Counted from the whole stretch's first letter, positions 11,464 to 22,335 are shown. The stretch: 63,229 nucleotides of DNA, filler included, from Octopus bimaculoides (GCF_001194135.2; 5 parts of 4 records of this genome joined end to end with filler, not necessarily neighbours in it); one strand, 5' to 3'. Notes: generated by a model from the sequence alone, not told the origin. Translations and numbers: made by a program.

Positions 11464-11829
11464 GTGAGCTTGTTTGATATTGGAACCTTAAATTAACAAA
11501 GCTGACTGGACATCTTAATTTAGCCAGGTTGATAGGGGCCTTTAGTTTAATCAAAATGATTCACTGGCGAACGAGTACTTGAGTGACTGCTTGTTACCTT
11601 CTCTAAATCTACAGTAAGACCTCATTTCAGAATTACAGATACTTATTACATATGGAAACTAACTGTACTTAAACATATGCCTTTGTATGTGGACTGAGTC
11701 AGTGAAAATTAAATGCATTGGCCATAATGCAGTGATTCGATACAAGATGTTAACACTTGAGCTGTCCCAACACTCTTGTTTTGTAATTATTACTGACGTT
11801 TCAAGAAAAGAGGACTGAAATATAAATAT

Positions 11830-12175
11830 TGAAGTTCAAGAAGATTAGTGGTGCTAGAGTTTCCATATTAGTAAGTATCTTTAGTAAAAGCAATAGGCAT
11901 CTATGTATGATGGCCTGGCTTGCAAGAAGTAACAGCCTAATCTCTTTTGAATAACGCCCTATAATTTTAAATGAAGAATGCAATTATTCAATACATTGGA
12001 TAATGTAGTCCCTAATATACAAAAAGACAAACTCGTCATATTTGGAATTCTTTTGATTATAGATCAGAGCAAGATTGTGAGCTTAATAGAAACAACACTA
12101 AAAGCCAATGAGGTAGTTTCCATACAGATGCGTGACCTTATTGAAATAGTAGCTAAATCATACCAACTATCTTAA
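11830..12175 (+). mobile_element. Possible decayed LINE AP-endonuclease remnant
   Basis: ORF 11978-12175 TLDNVVPNIQKDKLVIFG resembles the APE motif L..V...VP..DKLIILGDFN, but the catalytic residues are lost. Confidence 0.3.
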
Positions 12176-12659
12176 AGGAAAGAAAGATTCATTCAATTAT
12201 GTGGTTATAGACACTCTATTTTTGAATAACATAGCTGGAATACTTTTTATGATAGGCCTAATTGATTATAAGTTCAACAACAACAACAACAACAACAACA
12301 ACAGCAACAACTACTAATACTACCACCACCACTACTACTACCACTACAACATGAGCAAATGTCTCTTCCATAAAGGGCCTCTGCTAAATAATGTTAGATA
12401 TATCTCTGCTTCATGGCAAACTAACAAATGTAATTATATAGTATTTATTGAAGATCCATTCAAATATATTTCTCAAAGCAGAACTAATTAGAGAAAAAAT
12501 ATAGATGGAAACAACAAAATCTGAAGTTAATAATGGGGAAAATCTAATTTTCGTTCAGCTTTAACATCTAAATAAATGTATATTCTCAGATATTTTCTTT
12601 TTTTAAAAATTCCTTTTAGTAGTTTCAGTCATTAAACTGCAGCCATAATGTGGCAACAA

Positions 12660-12835
12660 TTTTAAGGGTCTTTGTTGATTACATTGATCCTAGGATTTCA
12701 GTTTGGGATAAAGAATAATTGATTAGACTCACCTCTGTTCTTTACTGGTTCTTATTGTACCAATCACAGAAAGACGAGGGGCAAATTCTGACTTAGCAGG
12801 ATTTGAAGTTCAAACATAGAGAAACGTAATTAAAT
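12660..12835 (-). mobile_element. SINE family C, heavily decayed copy
   Basis: GATTACATTGATCC...GAAAGACGAGGGGCAAATTCTGACTTAGCAGGATTTGAAG is a degraded form of GAAAGGATGAAAGGCAAAGTCGACCTCGGCGGAATTTGAAC. Confidence 0.6.
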
Positions 12836-13330
12836 ATTGATTTCTAATAAAGGTACAGGGCCACAAATATTTATCTAAAATTATGCATTGCATGTTTAGA
12901 GTACAATTTTTAAGTACAAATTCTTAGACTTGCTAGCTTGCTCTCTAACTTCTCTTGTTAATATAAATCCTTATTGCAAGGTTAAAGGAGTGGTAGAGCT
13001 TTGAACTTTTGGTATTCAATATATCTCTTTAAGTTCTATGTTCAATTATAATTCTAGTTGCCTTTGACTTCCATGGTCATGTGGATAATGATTGGGTCCA
13101 AGTCTTCATGTGTTGAAGATAGAAACAGACAGACAGACTCAGAGACACAGACAGACAGACACACACACACACACACAAACTACCCTCCCTTGTAACTTTG
13201 TGCTGATGTCCCTCTTATATATGCCAACTGTGTGTTTCTTTCATTGTAAGCAGACAGCGAATCGCTGTTTTTGTAAAGAAAAACACCCATATAACATGCT
13301 CTCATGATTATATTAAACATTTATTAATCG

Positions 13331-13930
13331 ACAAGGTGCTTTCCAGAAGTTTTGAGACTTTTTCAGAAGAGACATTTATTAATTTCAAAGAAGTACAAAA
13401 CTCTAATCTCCTTCAAAGTAGAATTCTCTGACTTTAATGCTCTTCAGCTTGTAGCTCTTCAGCTTGTAGCTCTTCAGCTTGTAGGTCTTCAGCTTGTAGC
13501 TCTTCAGCTATTTCATGAAGGCCCCATGAAAGCCCTCCAAAGTGGAAGTGTCCAGGACCCTTGTCACAGCTTCCTTCATCTACTTCAGCTTTGGGAATAA
13601 CCAAAAGTAATAGGGAGCAAGGTCTGAACTGTAGGGAGGGCGAGGGACAGTTTTGATACCCATCTCTGTCTAGTAGTTGGTTACAAGGGTGGAATTGTGG
13701 ACTGGTGCACTGTCCTGGTGCAGATGCTTTGGTCCTTTGCAATGAAACCTTTTCAAGAACCTCCTCAAAACCTCCATAAAGTATTCTTTGTTGACCATCT
13801 GATCAGAAAAGAACTCAGTGGATGTAGATGATGACATTGCTGTTGAAAAAGGAGATGATCATGAGGCTCACAGTGGACATGCTTTCACCAATCTCTTGTG
13901 CCAGCAAAAAACAGATGCTTGACTCAATGA
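13331..13930 (-). mobile_element. Mariner transposase C-terminal remnant with 3' TIR and an internal 15-bp tandem expansion
   Basis: The minus strand reads ...VNKEYFMEVLRRFLKRF..., LHQDSAPVHNSTLV, KTVPRPPYSSDLAPYYFWLFPKLK, ...YFEGD*, then a TIR-like end (AAAAAGTCTCAAAACTTCTGGAAAGCACCTTGT). Confidence 0.88.
13439..13509. repeat. 15-bp tandem repeat (GCTCTTCAGCTTGTA) x about 4.7
   Basis: Units start at 13439, 13454, 13469, 13484 and 13499. Confidence 0.95.
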
Positions 13931-13939
13931 AATAAGAAT

Positions 13940-14020
13940 CAGTTGATCACTGGCATTGATGTAATTGACTTACTCTCTCCCCTGAAATTGCTGGCCTTGT
14001 GCCAAAATTTGAAACCAATT
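13940..14020 (+). mobile_element. SINE family C 3' tail, CpG-decayed
   Basis: Aligns to 23890-23990, ending CCTTGTGCCAAAATTTGAAACC. Confidence 0.75.
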
Positions 14021-14187
14021 TTCTAGCTCTGGCCAACTTTGTCTTTCAACCCTCAAGATATAGGGGCTGATGGTATTGATGAATTCCCTTAAAACTGCTA
14101 TGCTTATGCCTAAAATTAAAAAAAATTATTAAGTAGGTCTCTGATGAAAGATATTTCTGCTTCAACTCACTTATCTTTTGTTTTCAG

Positions 14188-14303
14188 ACACTTTGCACCT
14201 AAGACTGCATTATCTTATGCATCTTTCCTTTTTAAAGATAGTTGGATGTGATTCTAGGATGATTAGGTTGCTATATCTAACAGATGGTCAAGCAACTGCA
14301 TAG
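14188..14303 (+). other. Candidate spliced (possibly terminal) exon of an unidentified host gene
   Basis: Branch-like CTCAC, pyrimidine tract and CAG acceptor (CTCACTTATCTTTTGTTTTCAG|, AG at 14186-14187), followed by about 1.1 kb of non-repetitive T-rich sequence. Open frames HFAPKTALSYASFLFKDSWM* or TLHLRLHY...DGQATA*; no homology recognised. Confidence 0.25.
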
Positions 14304-14694
14304 AGGTTCCCTTGTTCAATCACGAGGAAAAAGTTTAAGCAATAGCTACACTTGAAAAGCATGTTGTGTTGTCCAAAATATACAATAAAATCTTCAAGGT
14401 TATTTAGTTCATTTATCTATTTCAGAGTAAATGCAACAGAAGTTATTGAAATGTTTAAAATTAGTCTTTACTTATTGAACCTGATCTCTCCCCCCCCCCT
14501 TTATTTTCCATCAAAAGAGAAAAATCAATTTCTGTCAAAAGAATAAGACATTTTCTTCAAATTTGTCACCTAACAATGCTTTAATGATTGATTTCAAAAC
14601 AGTTAGTCATAGAATTTTTGATCTTTATAAGTAGGAGTGTCCTACTTGTGTAGTTAATCTTATATACAGTAATGACACAAATCCATATTTATAT

Positions 14695-14731
<37 letters not shown>

Positions 14732-15384
14732 CGTGGTTCATTGAATACATGATTATGTTTAAGTTTTATCATTTATATTTTTATTTTAGATTTTCCATAT
14801 TATTAGTATTTTATAGTTAGTTTGGAACAACAGAGTCCCTAAATTCATATTTGACATTTCTAAACCTCCATATTCTCATTTTCAAGAACTGAATATTTTG
14901 TTTTCTGTGTTGGCTGAATTCACCAAAGGTGTTTTATCTCTAGCTCCCTACATCAGTAGTCATGTGGTGATTTGTTTGCCATTGTCAAAATTTTGACCAT
15001 CAGGGCTTTTTTATGTCATTAGCCACATGTTAATTTTTATGACATTGATTTTGACATTGCTTTTGTGATATTAATATGATTTCCATAATGAATCTTCTAT
15101 TTGGGGAGGATTTATGTAGAGTAAGTATTCTTCTTTAGTATTGTCTTATCTAATTTTATTTTGTGGTGTGTGGTATAATGTTTTGCAATATCTCCATGTT
15201 GTAAATGCGTGTGAAAGGGTTGTACTGGTGTGTCCAATGTAACAGCTAGATTCTGTAGTTTGCGACTTTCAGTTTTGCTGTCAAATTTACAAATTACATT
15301 GGGCATGTGTATTTTGTTCTTGGATCTACATGCTTGTGTTATGTTACTGATAATGAAGTTTTTGCTTTTGGTATTTTTATAATA

Positions 15385-15697
15385 TACTAGCAGAAATACC
15401 CGGCGTTGCCCGGGTTAAAGAGAATAATGAAATCTAAAAACACCATTTAGACTACGCATCATCTTTATATATAGAGATGTATATACACACACGCACCCAA
15501 ACACACGTATATATATGTATATCAATATAAATATATGAAAGTCAATGAAGTTTCGTAAAAGGTGATCATGTACATACTTTCTTGCTGTTGTGATTATAAC
15601 ACCTCGTTGTAAACAATGTTCCTTGTTTTCCCTTGTGGAGCATATACAAATAGGTTTTTTTGTTGCCCACTCTTGAGCAGCCAACATACAGTTGTCC
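15385..15697 (+). mobile_element. Possible Helitron/Helentron-type non-autonomous element end
   Basis: Begins TACTAGCAGAAATACCCGGCGTTGCCCGGGTT with a subterminal hairpin ACCCGG-CGTTGC-CCGGGT (15398-15415), a pattern typical of rolling-circle element ends; truncated by a gap. Confidence 0.35.
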
Positions 15698-15797
15698 NNN
15701 NNNNNNNNNNNNNNNNNNNNNNNNNNNNNNNNNNNNNNNNNTTAATTAATTAANNNNNNNNNNNNNNNNNNNNNNNNNNNNNNNNNNNNNNNNNNNN
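15698..15797. other. Synthetic scaffold spacer (44 N + TTAATTAATTAA + 44 N)
   Basis: The same 12-mer with stops in all six frames sits inside N runs at 15742, 45987, 55509 and 60991. Confidence 0.95.
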
Positions 15798-16332
15798 CAA
15801 GGGAAACAAGTCGCCAGGCTTGGATGGTCTGCCCTACGAACTTTATTGTCATATGCCAGATTTGTTTGGAGGCGTCTTGGCAGCTGTCTACTGCAACTGG
15901 CAGCAAAACGGGAGCATCCCCGTCTTTGTAAAGCGAGGAGCAGTGGCACTACTAAAGAAAGACCCAAACAAGGGGAACGTCATAGATAATTTTCCGCCCA
16001 TCACTCTGCTCAACGCAGATTTGAAACTTTTGGTCAAAGTGTTAGCCGAGAGGTTGGCGCTTGTCATCGAGAAACTAGTCGACAGGGCGCAGACGTGCGC
16101 CGTGCCGGGTAGGAGTATCCATGACAACCTCCATCTGATCCGCTACATCATGGACAGGGTAGTTAAGAAACCTGGCATGGGTGGGGCGCTGATCAATTTG
16201 AATCAATCAAAAGCTTTCGATAGGGTAGACCATCATTACTTGGAAACCGTCCTCATAGCGGCTGGTTTCGGTCCCGTCTTCAGCGGTTGGATCACTGCCT
16301 TATACAGCGGCATCCGCTCGGTAGTTCGCGTA
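15798..16332 (+). mobile_element. Tx1/L1-clade LINE reverse transcriptase fragment, uninterrupted between two gaps
   Basis: KGNKSPGLDGLPYELY...LLKKDPNKG...FPPITLLNADLKLLVKVLAERL...QTCAVPGRSIHDNL...LINLNQSKAFDRVDHHYL...GFGPVF..WI..LYS; no stop over the whole contig. Confidence 0.92.
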
Positions 16333-16812
16333 NNNNNNNNNNNNNNNNNNNNNNNNNNNNNNNNNNNNNNNNNNNNNNNNNNNNNNNNNNNNNNNNNNNN
16401 NNNNNNNNNNNNNNNNNNNNNNNNNNNNNNNNTGTGTGTGTGTATGTATGTATGTATGTATGTATGTATGTATGTATTCACATACGAACATGGTTGTATG
16501 TATTCATGTACATTAGCAGATATATGACCGTTGAAGGACAAAATTTACGAGAATGAAATATGCTAAAAAAGGTTACCTGGACATTTATGATCAGTTAGGC
16601 TGGGGAAGAAATTTGACCAAAAGCCGCATATATTGTTCATATAATTCTCCTTAGTCTCAAGTTTTGGTTTGTCGTCAATCACAAGATATTTTTGGTTTTT
16701 GAGTGTGAATTCTGGCCATGGTTCATTTGAGCAACCAGAACAATCTCCATCATTGGGATTACTAGAGAAAATGAAAATAAAAATACAAAAGAAATAAATA
16801 TTTAAGACAATT

Positions 16813-16885
16813 CAAGGATTTATGAAGGATCAAGAATTTATGAAGGATCAAGAATTTATGAAGCATCAAGAATTTATGAAGGATA
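16813..16885. repeat. 18-bp tandem repeat (AAGAATTTATGAAGGATC) x about 4
   Basis: Direct reading. Confidence 0.85.
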
Positions 16886-17070
16886 ATGTGCACTGATGAG
16901 CAAAAGACTGTTTAGACGTGTCTGTATGTAAGTAGTGTGTATTATACAAAGAATACGTTGACATCCTCATTTAACCCACCGTAAGGTTTCATAATGTTTA
17001 TATTGTTACAATGCTTCTGATTTACGCAGTGCCGTGTGTAAGTAGATATTCCGGGCGCGCATATTTCACG

Positions 17071-17125
<55 letters not shown>

Positions 17126-17304
17126 GTATACNNNNNNNNNNNNNNNNNNNNNNNNNNNNNNNNNNNNNNNNNNNNNNNNNNNNNNNNNNNNNNNNNNNNN
17201 NNNNNNNNNNNNNNNNNNNNNNNNNNNNNNNNNNNNNNNNNNNNNNNNNNNNNNNNNNNNNNNNNNNNNNNNNNNNNNNNNNNNNNNNNNNNNNNNNNNN
17301 NNNN

Positions 17305-17665
17305 TACGACGTCGAGGGTTCCAGTTGATCCGATAAACGGAACAGCCTGCTCGTGAAATTAACGTGCAAGTGGCTGAGCACTCCACAGACACGTGTATCC
17401 TTAACATAGTTCTCGGGGATATTCAGCGTAACACAGTGTGACAAGGCTGACCCTTTGAATTACAAGCACAACAGAAACAGGAAGAAAGTGTGAGAGAAAG
17501 TTGTGGTGAAAGAGTACAACAGGGTTCACCACTATCCCCTACCGGAGCCTTGTGGAGCTTTTAGGTGTTTTCGCTCAATAAACACTCACAACGCCCGGTC
17601 TGGGAATCGAAACCGCGATCCTATGACAGCGAATCCACTGCCCTAACCACTGGGCCATTGCGCCT
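17305..17665 (-). mobile_element. tRNA-derived SINE family B
   Basis: Reverse complement of 28281-28660; head GGCGCAATGGCCCAGTGGTTAGGG...GGTTTCGATTCCC with Pol III A/B boxes. Confidence 0.92.
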
Positions 17666-17862
17666 ACACATATATAGTAGAAAAATAAAAAAAAGTTCTT
17701 GGTACAGTATAATATATTTGAAAAAAATGAGTAGAGATGGATTTTGGGGTGATAATTTTTATTTTAATCGAGTTTCGAGTTTTTCGATACCCATTTTCAA
17801 ACTGAAATTCTTTGGTTTAGAAGATTGTTTCTATAGCAAAAGATTTTTTCTTACAAGTATCC

Positions 17863-17963
17863 AAATAGAAAATAAAAGACAGAAAAATAAAGAGCATACT
17901 CTTTATTTTTTTCTATCTTTTATTTTCTATTTACTGACAAAAGAGATAACCTTGTCAGTAAAT
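17863..17963. repeat. Two adjacent inverted repeats (about 32-bp arms with 4-nt loop; 12-bp perfect arms with 11-nt loop)
   Basis: AATAGAAAATAAAAGACAGAAAAATAAAGAG-CATA-CTCTTTATTTTTTTCTATCTTTTATTTTCTATT, then ATTTACTGACAA...TTGTCAGTAAAT. Confidence 0.8.
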
Positions 17964-18203
17964 AATCAGCCAGTGATTCCTATGGTAATTTCTATATAAA
18001 CTGACAAAGTAAATTTAGCTTCACCATCCGCAATAGAGTGAGCATTATTAATGAGTATGAATTTCCATGCGAAATTGGCATCCCAATCTAATGTCACTCA
18101 CTTACGGTGGGGAGGTTGTCTCCCTTGTTAGTAAATTAAAAAATGTGCTTTTGTGGCTAAAGATTTTTTTGAGTGTATATATATATGTGAGTGTGTGTGA
18201 GTG

Positions 18204-18253
<50 letters not shown>

Positions 18254-18949
18254 NNNNNNNNNNNNNNNNNNNNNNNNNNNNNNNNNNNNNNNNNNNNNNN
18301 NNNNNNNNNNNNNNNNNNNNNNNNNNNNNNNNNNNNNNNNNNNNNNNNNNNNNNNNNNNNNNNNNNNNNNNNNNNNNNNNNNNNNNNNNNNNNNNNNNNN
18401 NNNNNNNNNNNNNNNNNNNNNNNNNNNNNNNNNNNNNNNNNNNNNNNNNNNNNNNNNNNNNNNNNNNNNNNNNNNNNNNTCGGTACGGTTTTATTGAAAA
18501 TTTCTCTAAACAGCATGTTATTTCTTGAAATTAATAATCAAAAGCGAGTATGTTTTTTTTTCATTTATATCAAAACAGAATTTGAGTGACAGAAATTGAA
18601 TTAAACATCATTGAACAGGTATAATCGAATTATTTTGTTTTTCATCGCCCGTTTTTTTTTCCCAGTTGATACCACAAGGGACATTTAAAAAAGGAAGACA
18701 TTTTTTTTGTCACACTCTTTGGCTGGTGAAGATATCAAAGAAGCCCTTTACGTTCACATCTGATGAACGAAGTTTGATTTTTTTTGTCTAGGCTGTCGTG
18801 TTATACGCTGTTCTTTCGTATTTTAGGAGAAAATGACGAAAGCTATTTCAAATTTGAAGAAGTCCCCCGTTTCTCTTTGGACAAGCGTATTTCATTTACG
18901 ATTTCTGTGGTGTGTATGCGCGCTTGTTGGGGTGTGCGTGTGTGTGTAT

Positions 18950-19009
<60 letters not shown>

Positions 19010-19671
19010 ACTTGTGTGTTATGTATGTTATGTATACAGGACAATGTGGGACCTTGTATGTGCAACCTATATGCTAGATACAGCAGCCACATCATCCTAG
19101 CTGCATTATTATATGAGAAAAGTAAACAGTCTCGTCATAGATTCACAGTTGAACCACTTTGATCATAGGTTTGTTCGCTCAGAAATTATCTACAATAACT
19201 AACAACAACAGCACTAACAATGGCAGCAAGTATAACAACACCTGTATTTGACCATAGGAAAATTTCAGCTGTACAGGTAATATTTGAAAATATAGCCGTT
19301 CTTTAATCTTGTACCAAATAAATACAAAATTCAATGAATTCCATCTCTGTCAAACTTTTTGTAAATACAAAATTATACAGCGGACTGTATCATTTCCTTA
19401 AGGCGGATGGAAGTAATTGTAATTGGTTGTATTGCTATATGACACATTTCTCGGAAAGGTATATGTGCAAATTTGTAATGCAAACGAGACAATTCTAAGA
19501 TATTTTACAAGAGTTTTCTCCCTTATTAGCGCTCTAATTAATATACTTCCACAATATACTTCAACAATATACTTCCACAATTGCTTTAATTGTATTAAGT
19601 GTTGCTTTCGGATTTTATTAACCACAATTTTGTTTATATTTTGGCATTTAGAGATTTTAGACCTCCACGAT

Positions 19672-20030
19672 GTGTAGAAAATGTCGATTGCGCTAAACCA
19701 GTGTGGAAGTTATCACTCATTCAGCTACGAATGAAAGGGTTTTGTTTTTTCTGATGGATATGTCAAAAGCAAACCAGAATCAGAATATTTCTATAACATA
19801 AAAAATAAAGAATTAAGAGAAAATATTCCAATAAAAACAGCAACCTGGTGTAAGCACAATAGGACAGATATTGTTTTGGGGGATTGGAAAAACGTCTCGC
19901 ACTGTTATAATTATCAGCTGGTTGGCGGATATAAATGCCTCTTGAGAAATTGTGGGAAAGGAGAACTGCTATAAAGAACTAATGAGAAACGTACAACACT
20001 TATGTCTCGACGATAGATGTTGTGCTTGAA
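19672..20030 (+). mobile_element. Decayed RLE-type LINE endonuclease remnant (paralogous to 25393-25745)
   Basis: Long nucleotide match to 25393-25745; both read PIKTATWCKHNR(P)DIV and EKEN.YKELMRNVQHL. Confidence 0.75.
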
Positions 20031-20078
20031 TTTTATTCATCACATTTTCGTTTTATATTTTAGTATGTAGGGTCTGGA

Positions 20079-20469
20079 TTAGAGTCTCTACGAAAGAGAC
20101 AGGTTTAAAATCTAATGGATCTGTTACGCCAGGAAGTAGATTGTAAATGCGATATGAAAGTGTTATTGAATTAATATGCCATCGAGTTACTACCGTGTAC
20201 TATGGTATCTTTTTTGAAGTACAGTCTGCTTCAGCACCATCCTTTGAACGGTAAAACATCACTACCTAGTTCTTAGAGTCTCTACGAAAGAAACAAGTTT
20301 AAAATCTAAAGGATCTGTTACGTCAGGAAGTACATTGTAAATGTGATATGAAAATGTAATGAACTAATATGTCACCGAGTTACTACCGTGTACTATGGTA
20401 TCTTTTTTGAAGTACAGTCTGCTTCAGCACCACCCTTTGAAGGGTAAAACATCACTACGAAGTTCTTAG
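20079..20469. repeat. About 194-bp tandem duplication (2 units)
   Basis: TTAGAGTCTCTACGAAAG starts at 20079 and 20273; a third TTAG start is at 20466. Confidence 0.92.
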
Positions 20470-20814
20470 TATTGGTTTGGACTTCACTCCAGACTCCTCC
20501 CCCTTGAGTGGCGCATAACGTCGATTTTGGGGAATCTTCAGTCCTAAACCTTTCCCCGATTACTGACTTTTCCGAAGCTAGGTAGTCTACTCTAAATTAA
20601 ATATCAAATGTATTTAAATAATTGAAAGAAATACAGATATCTAAATACCAGGACACTAATAATGATACATGTTTATCAATATTGCACTGTGTAAAGTACA
20701 AATCTGTGCAAGGGACCAGTAAACTAATCGAGCGGATATGGGTTTTTGATGTTAATAAGTGCGGATTACCTCTCGGTATTATTACGGCTTCTTTCCGTAA
20801 CAAATATTTTAAAA

Positions 20815-21040
20815 CAAGCTGACTATCTTGGAAGCGTCTAAACCACACGTACACTTGTATGCGGCACATACACTCCTCTCCATACACTTTCTGCAACTTT
20901 GCGTAGGTCTCTGAGAAATTATCGCCATGACAGCTTTTTCTGTGATGGTCAATGCGATGATCACACGCTACACACTTTCCTTCCAAGCACTGCTGTAAAT
21001 AGCAGAAGTGAGCTAGAACGTTAAAAATTAAGGTTAAGGT
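20815..21040 (-). mobile_element. Mariner transposase N-terminal (HTH) remnant
   Basis: FSETYAKLQKVYGEECMCRIQVYVWFRRFQD in ORF 20597-21043. Confidence 0.8.
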
Positions 21041-21121
21041 CAATCTGTGCCAAACGGCTTCATTTTGCGTGCTTTAGCTTCGTTACTATACCAACAATCC
21101 GGATTCTTATTGATCAGACCT

Positions 21122-21161
<40 letters not shown>

Positions 21162-21182
21162 CGTGCGTATGTATGTATATAT

Positions 21183-21725
21183 GTAGAGGGTTTCGACAAA
21201 ATAATGGAAATACCTCAAAATTTCAAACAGATTTATTTTAATATGAGGTAGGACCGCCTTTGGCAGTAATTACAGCTTGAATTATACAAGGTATGGACTC
21301 ATACAAAGTTTGAATTGTATCTAAAGGAATTTTTGTCTCTTCTTCAGTTAAAACAGTCTCCAGTTCTTGTAGTGATGATGGTGGAGGCATCGACTTTTAA
21401 CTTGATTTTCTAAAATGCACTATAAATATTCAATAATATTGAGATCTGTAAACTGGTGGCCAGATAAGATGTTCAACTTCACTAGAATGTTCTTCGTGCC
21501 ATTCAGTAACAACTTCAGCTGTGTGAATTGGTGCATTATCATCCTGAAAGATTGCGTTTCCCTCCGGAAACAGTTCCTCAACAATAAAATGAATTTGATC
21601 AGATAAAATACTGAAATAGTCTTGACTATTAATTCTGCCGTGAAAGAGAACCATTGGGCCGGCGGATTTCCAAGATATAACCCCCCAGATCATCACTACT
21701 TTTTTGCTGATCTTATCTTAGCGGA
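21183..21725 (-). mobile_element. Tc1-family transposase remnant with TIR
   Basis: MIWGVISWKSAGPMV...GRINSQDY..IL..., IFQDDNAPIHTA...WPP (ORF 21430-21696); terminal GGGTTTCGACAAAATAATGGAAATACC at about 21188-21214. Confidence 0.88.
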
Positions 21726-21773
21726 ATAATAAGCTGGCTACTTGTTTCTCTGGAGACTGTCAGAATAATGTAG

Positions 21774-21820
21774 ACGCCTCTGATGAGAACCCAGTAAGGT
21801 TCGAAGATCGATTAAGGTTG
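21774..21820 (+). ncRNA. Minimal type-I hammerhead-ribozyme-like motif (one core substitution)
   Basis: CCT-CTGATGA-GAACC(CAGTAA)GGTTC-GAA-G-ATCGAT-TA-AGG: stem I CCT/AGG, perfect 5-bp stem II, palindromic stem III; position 15.1 is G instead of A. Confidence 0.5.
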
Positions 21821-21871
21821 TTCATCATATTTTTCAGTCTGCGGAGAAGTGGCTAAAATTTGCCCTGTTTA

Positions 21872-22056
21872 AGGCGCAGGAGTGACTGTGTGGTAAATAG
21901 CTTGCTTACCAACCACATGGTTCCAGGTTCATTCCCACTGCGTGGCACCTTGGGCGAGTGTCTTCTACTATAGCCTCGGGCCGACCAAAGCATTGTGAGT
22001 GGATTTAGTAGACGGAAACTGAAAGAAGCCTGTCGTATATATGAATATGTGTATGC

Positions 22057-22114
<58 letters not shown>

Positions 22115-22335
22115 GTGCATATGTTTGTGTGTCTGTGTTTGTCCCCTCAACATCGCTTGACAACCGATGGTGGTGTGTTTACGTCCCCGTAACTTAGCGG
22201 TTCGGCCTAAGAGACCGATAGAATAAGTACTAGGCTTACAAAGTCCTGGGGTCAATTTGCTCGACTAAATGCGGTGCTCCAGCATGGCCGCAGTCAAATG
22301 ACTGAAACAAGTAAAAGAGTAAAAGAGTAAAGAGT
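21872..22335 (+). mobile_element. SINE family A, full length, internal (TG)n
   Basis: Head AGGCGCAGGAGTGACTGTGTGGTAAATAGC...GGTTCATTCCC; tail (AAAAGAGT)n. Confidence 0.93.

Noticed and set aside
13434-13742. ORF ending (LQAEE)n, resembling a coiled-coil or repeat protein
   Set aside because: An alternative frame of a decayed mariner with a 15-bp tandem expansion.
14135-14165. Other CTGATGA occurrences (14139, 16893, 18760, 52450, 55203, 62252) as hammerheads
   Set aside because: No stem II followed by GAAA and a cleavage triplet in the required arrangement.
15742-15753. TTAATTAATTAA palindrome recurring at 15742, 45987, 55509 and 60991 (could look like a regulatory or recombination site)
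   Set aside because: It always sits inside N runs (44 N on each side, 100 bp in total, where counted) and has stops in all six frames: an assembly linker, not biology.
18810-18920. Possible exon after CTGTTCTTTCGTATTTTAG reading GENDESYFKFEEVPRFSLDK
   Set aside because: No convincing donor, it runs into a (TG)n tract and I recognise no homology; insufficient support.
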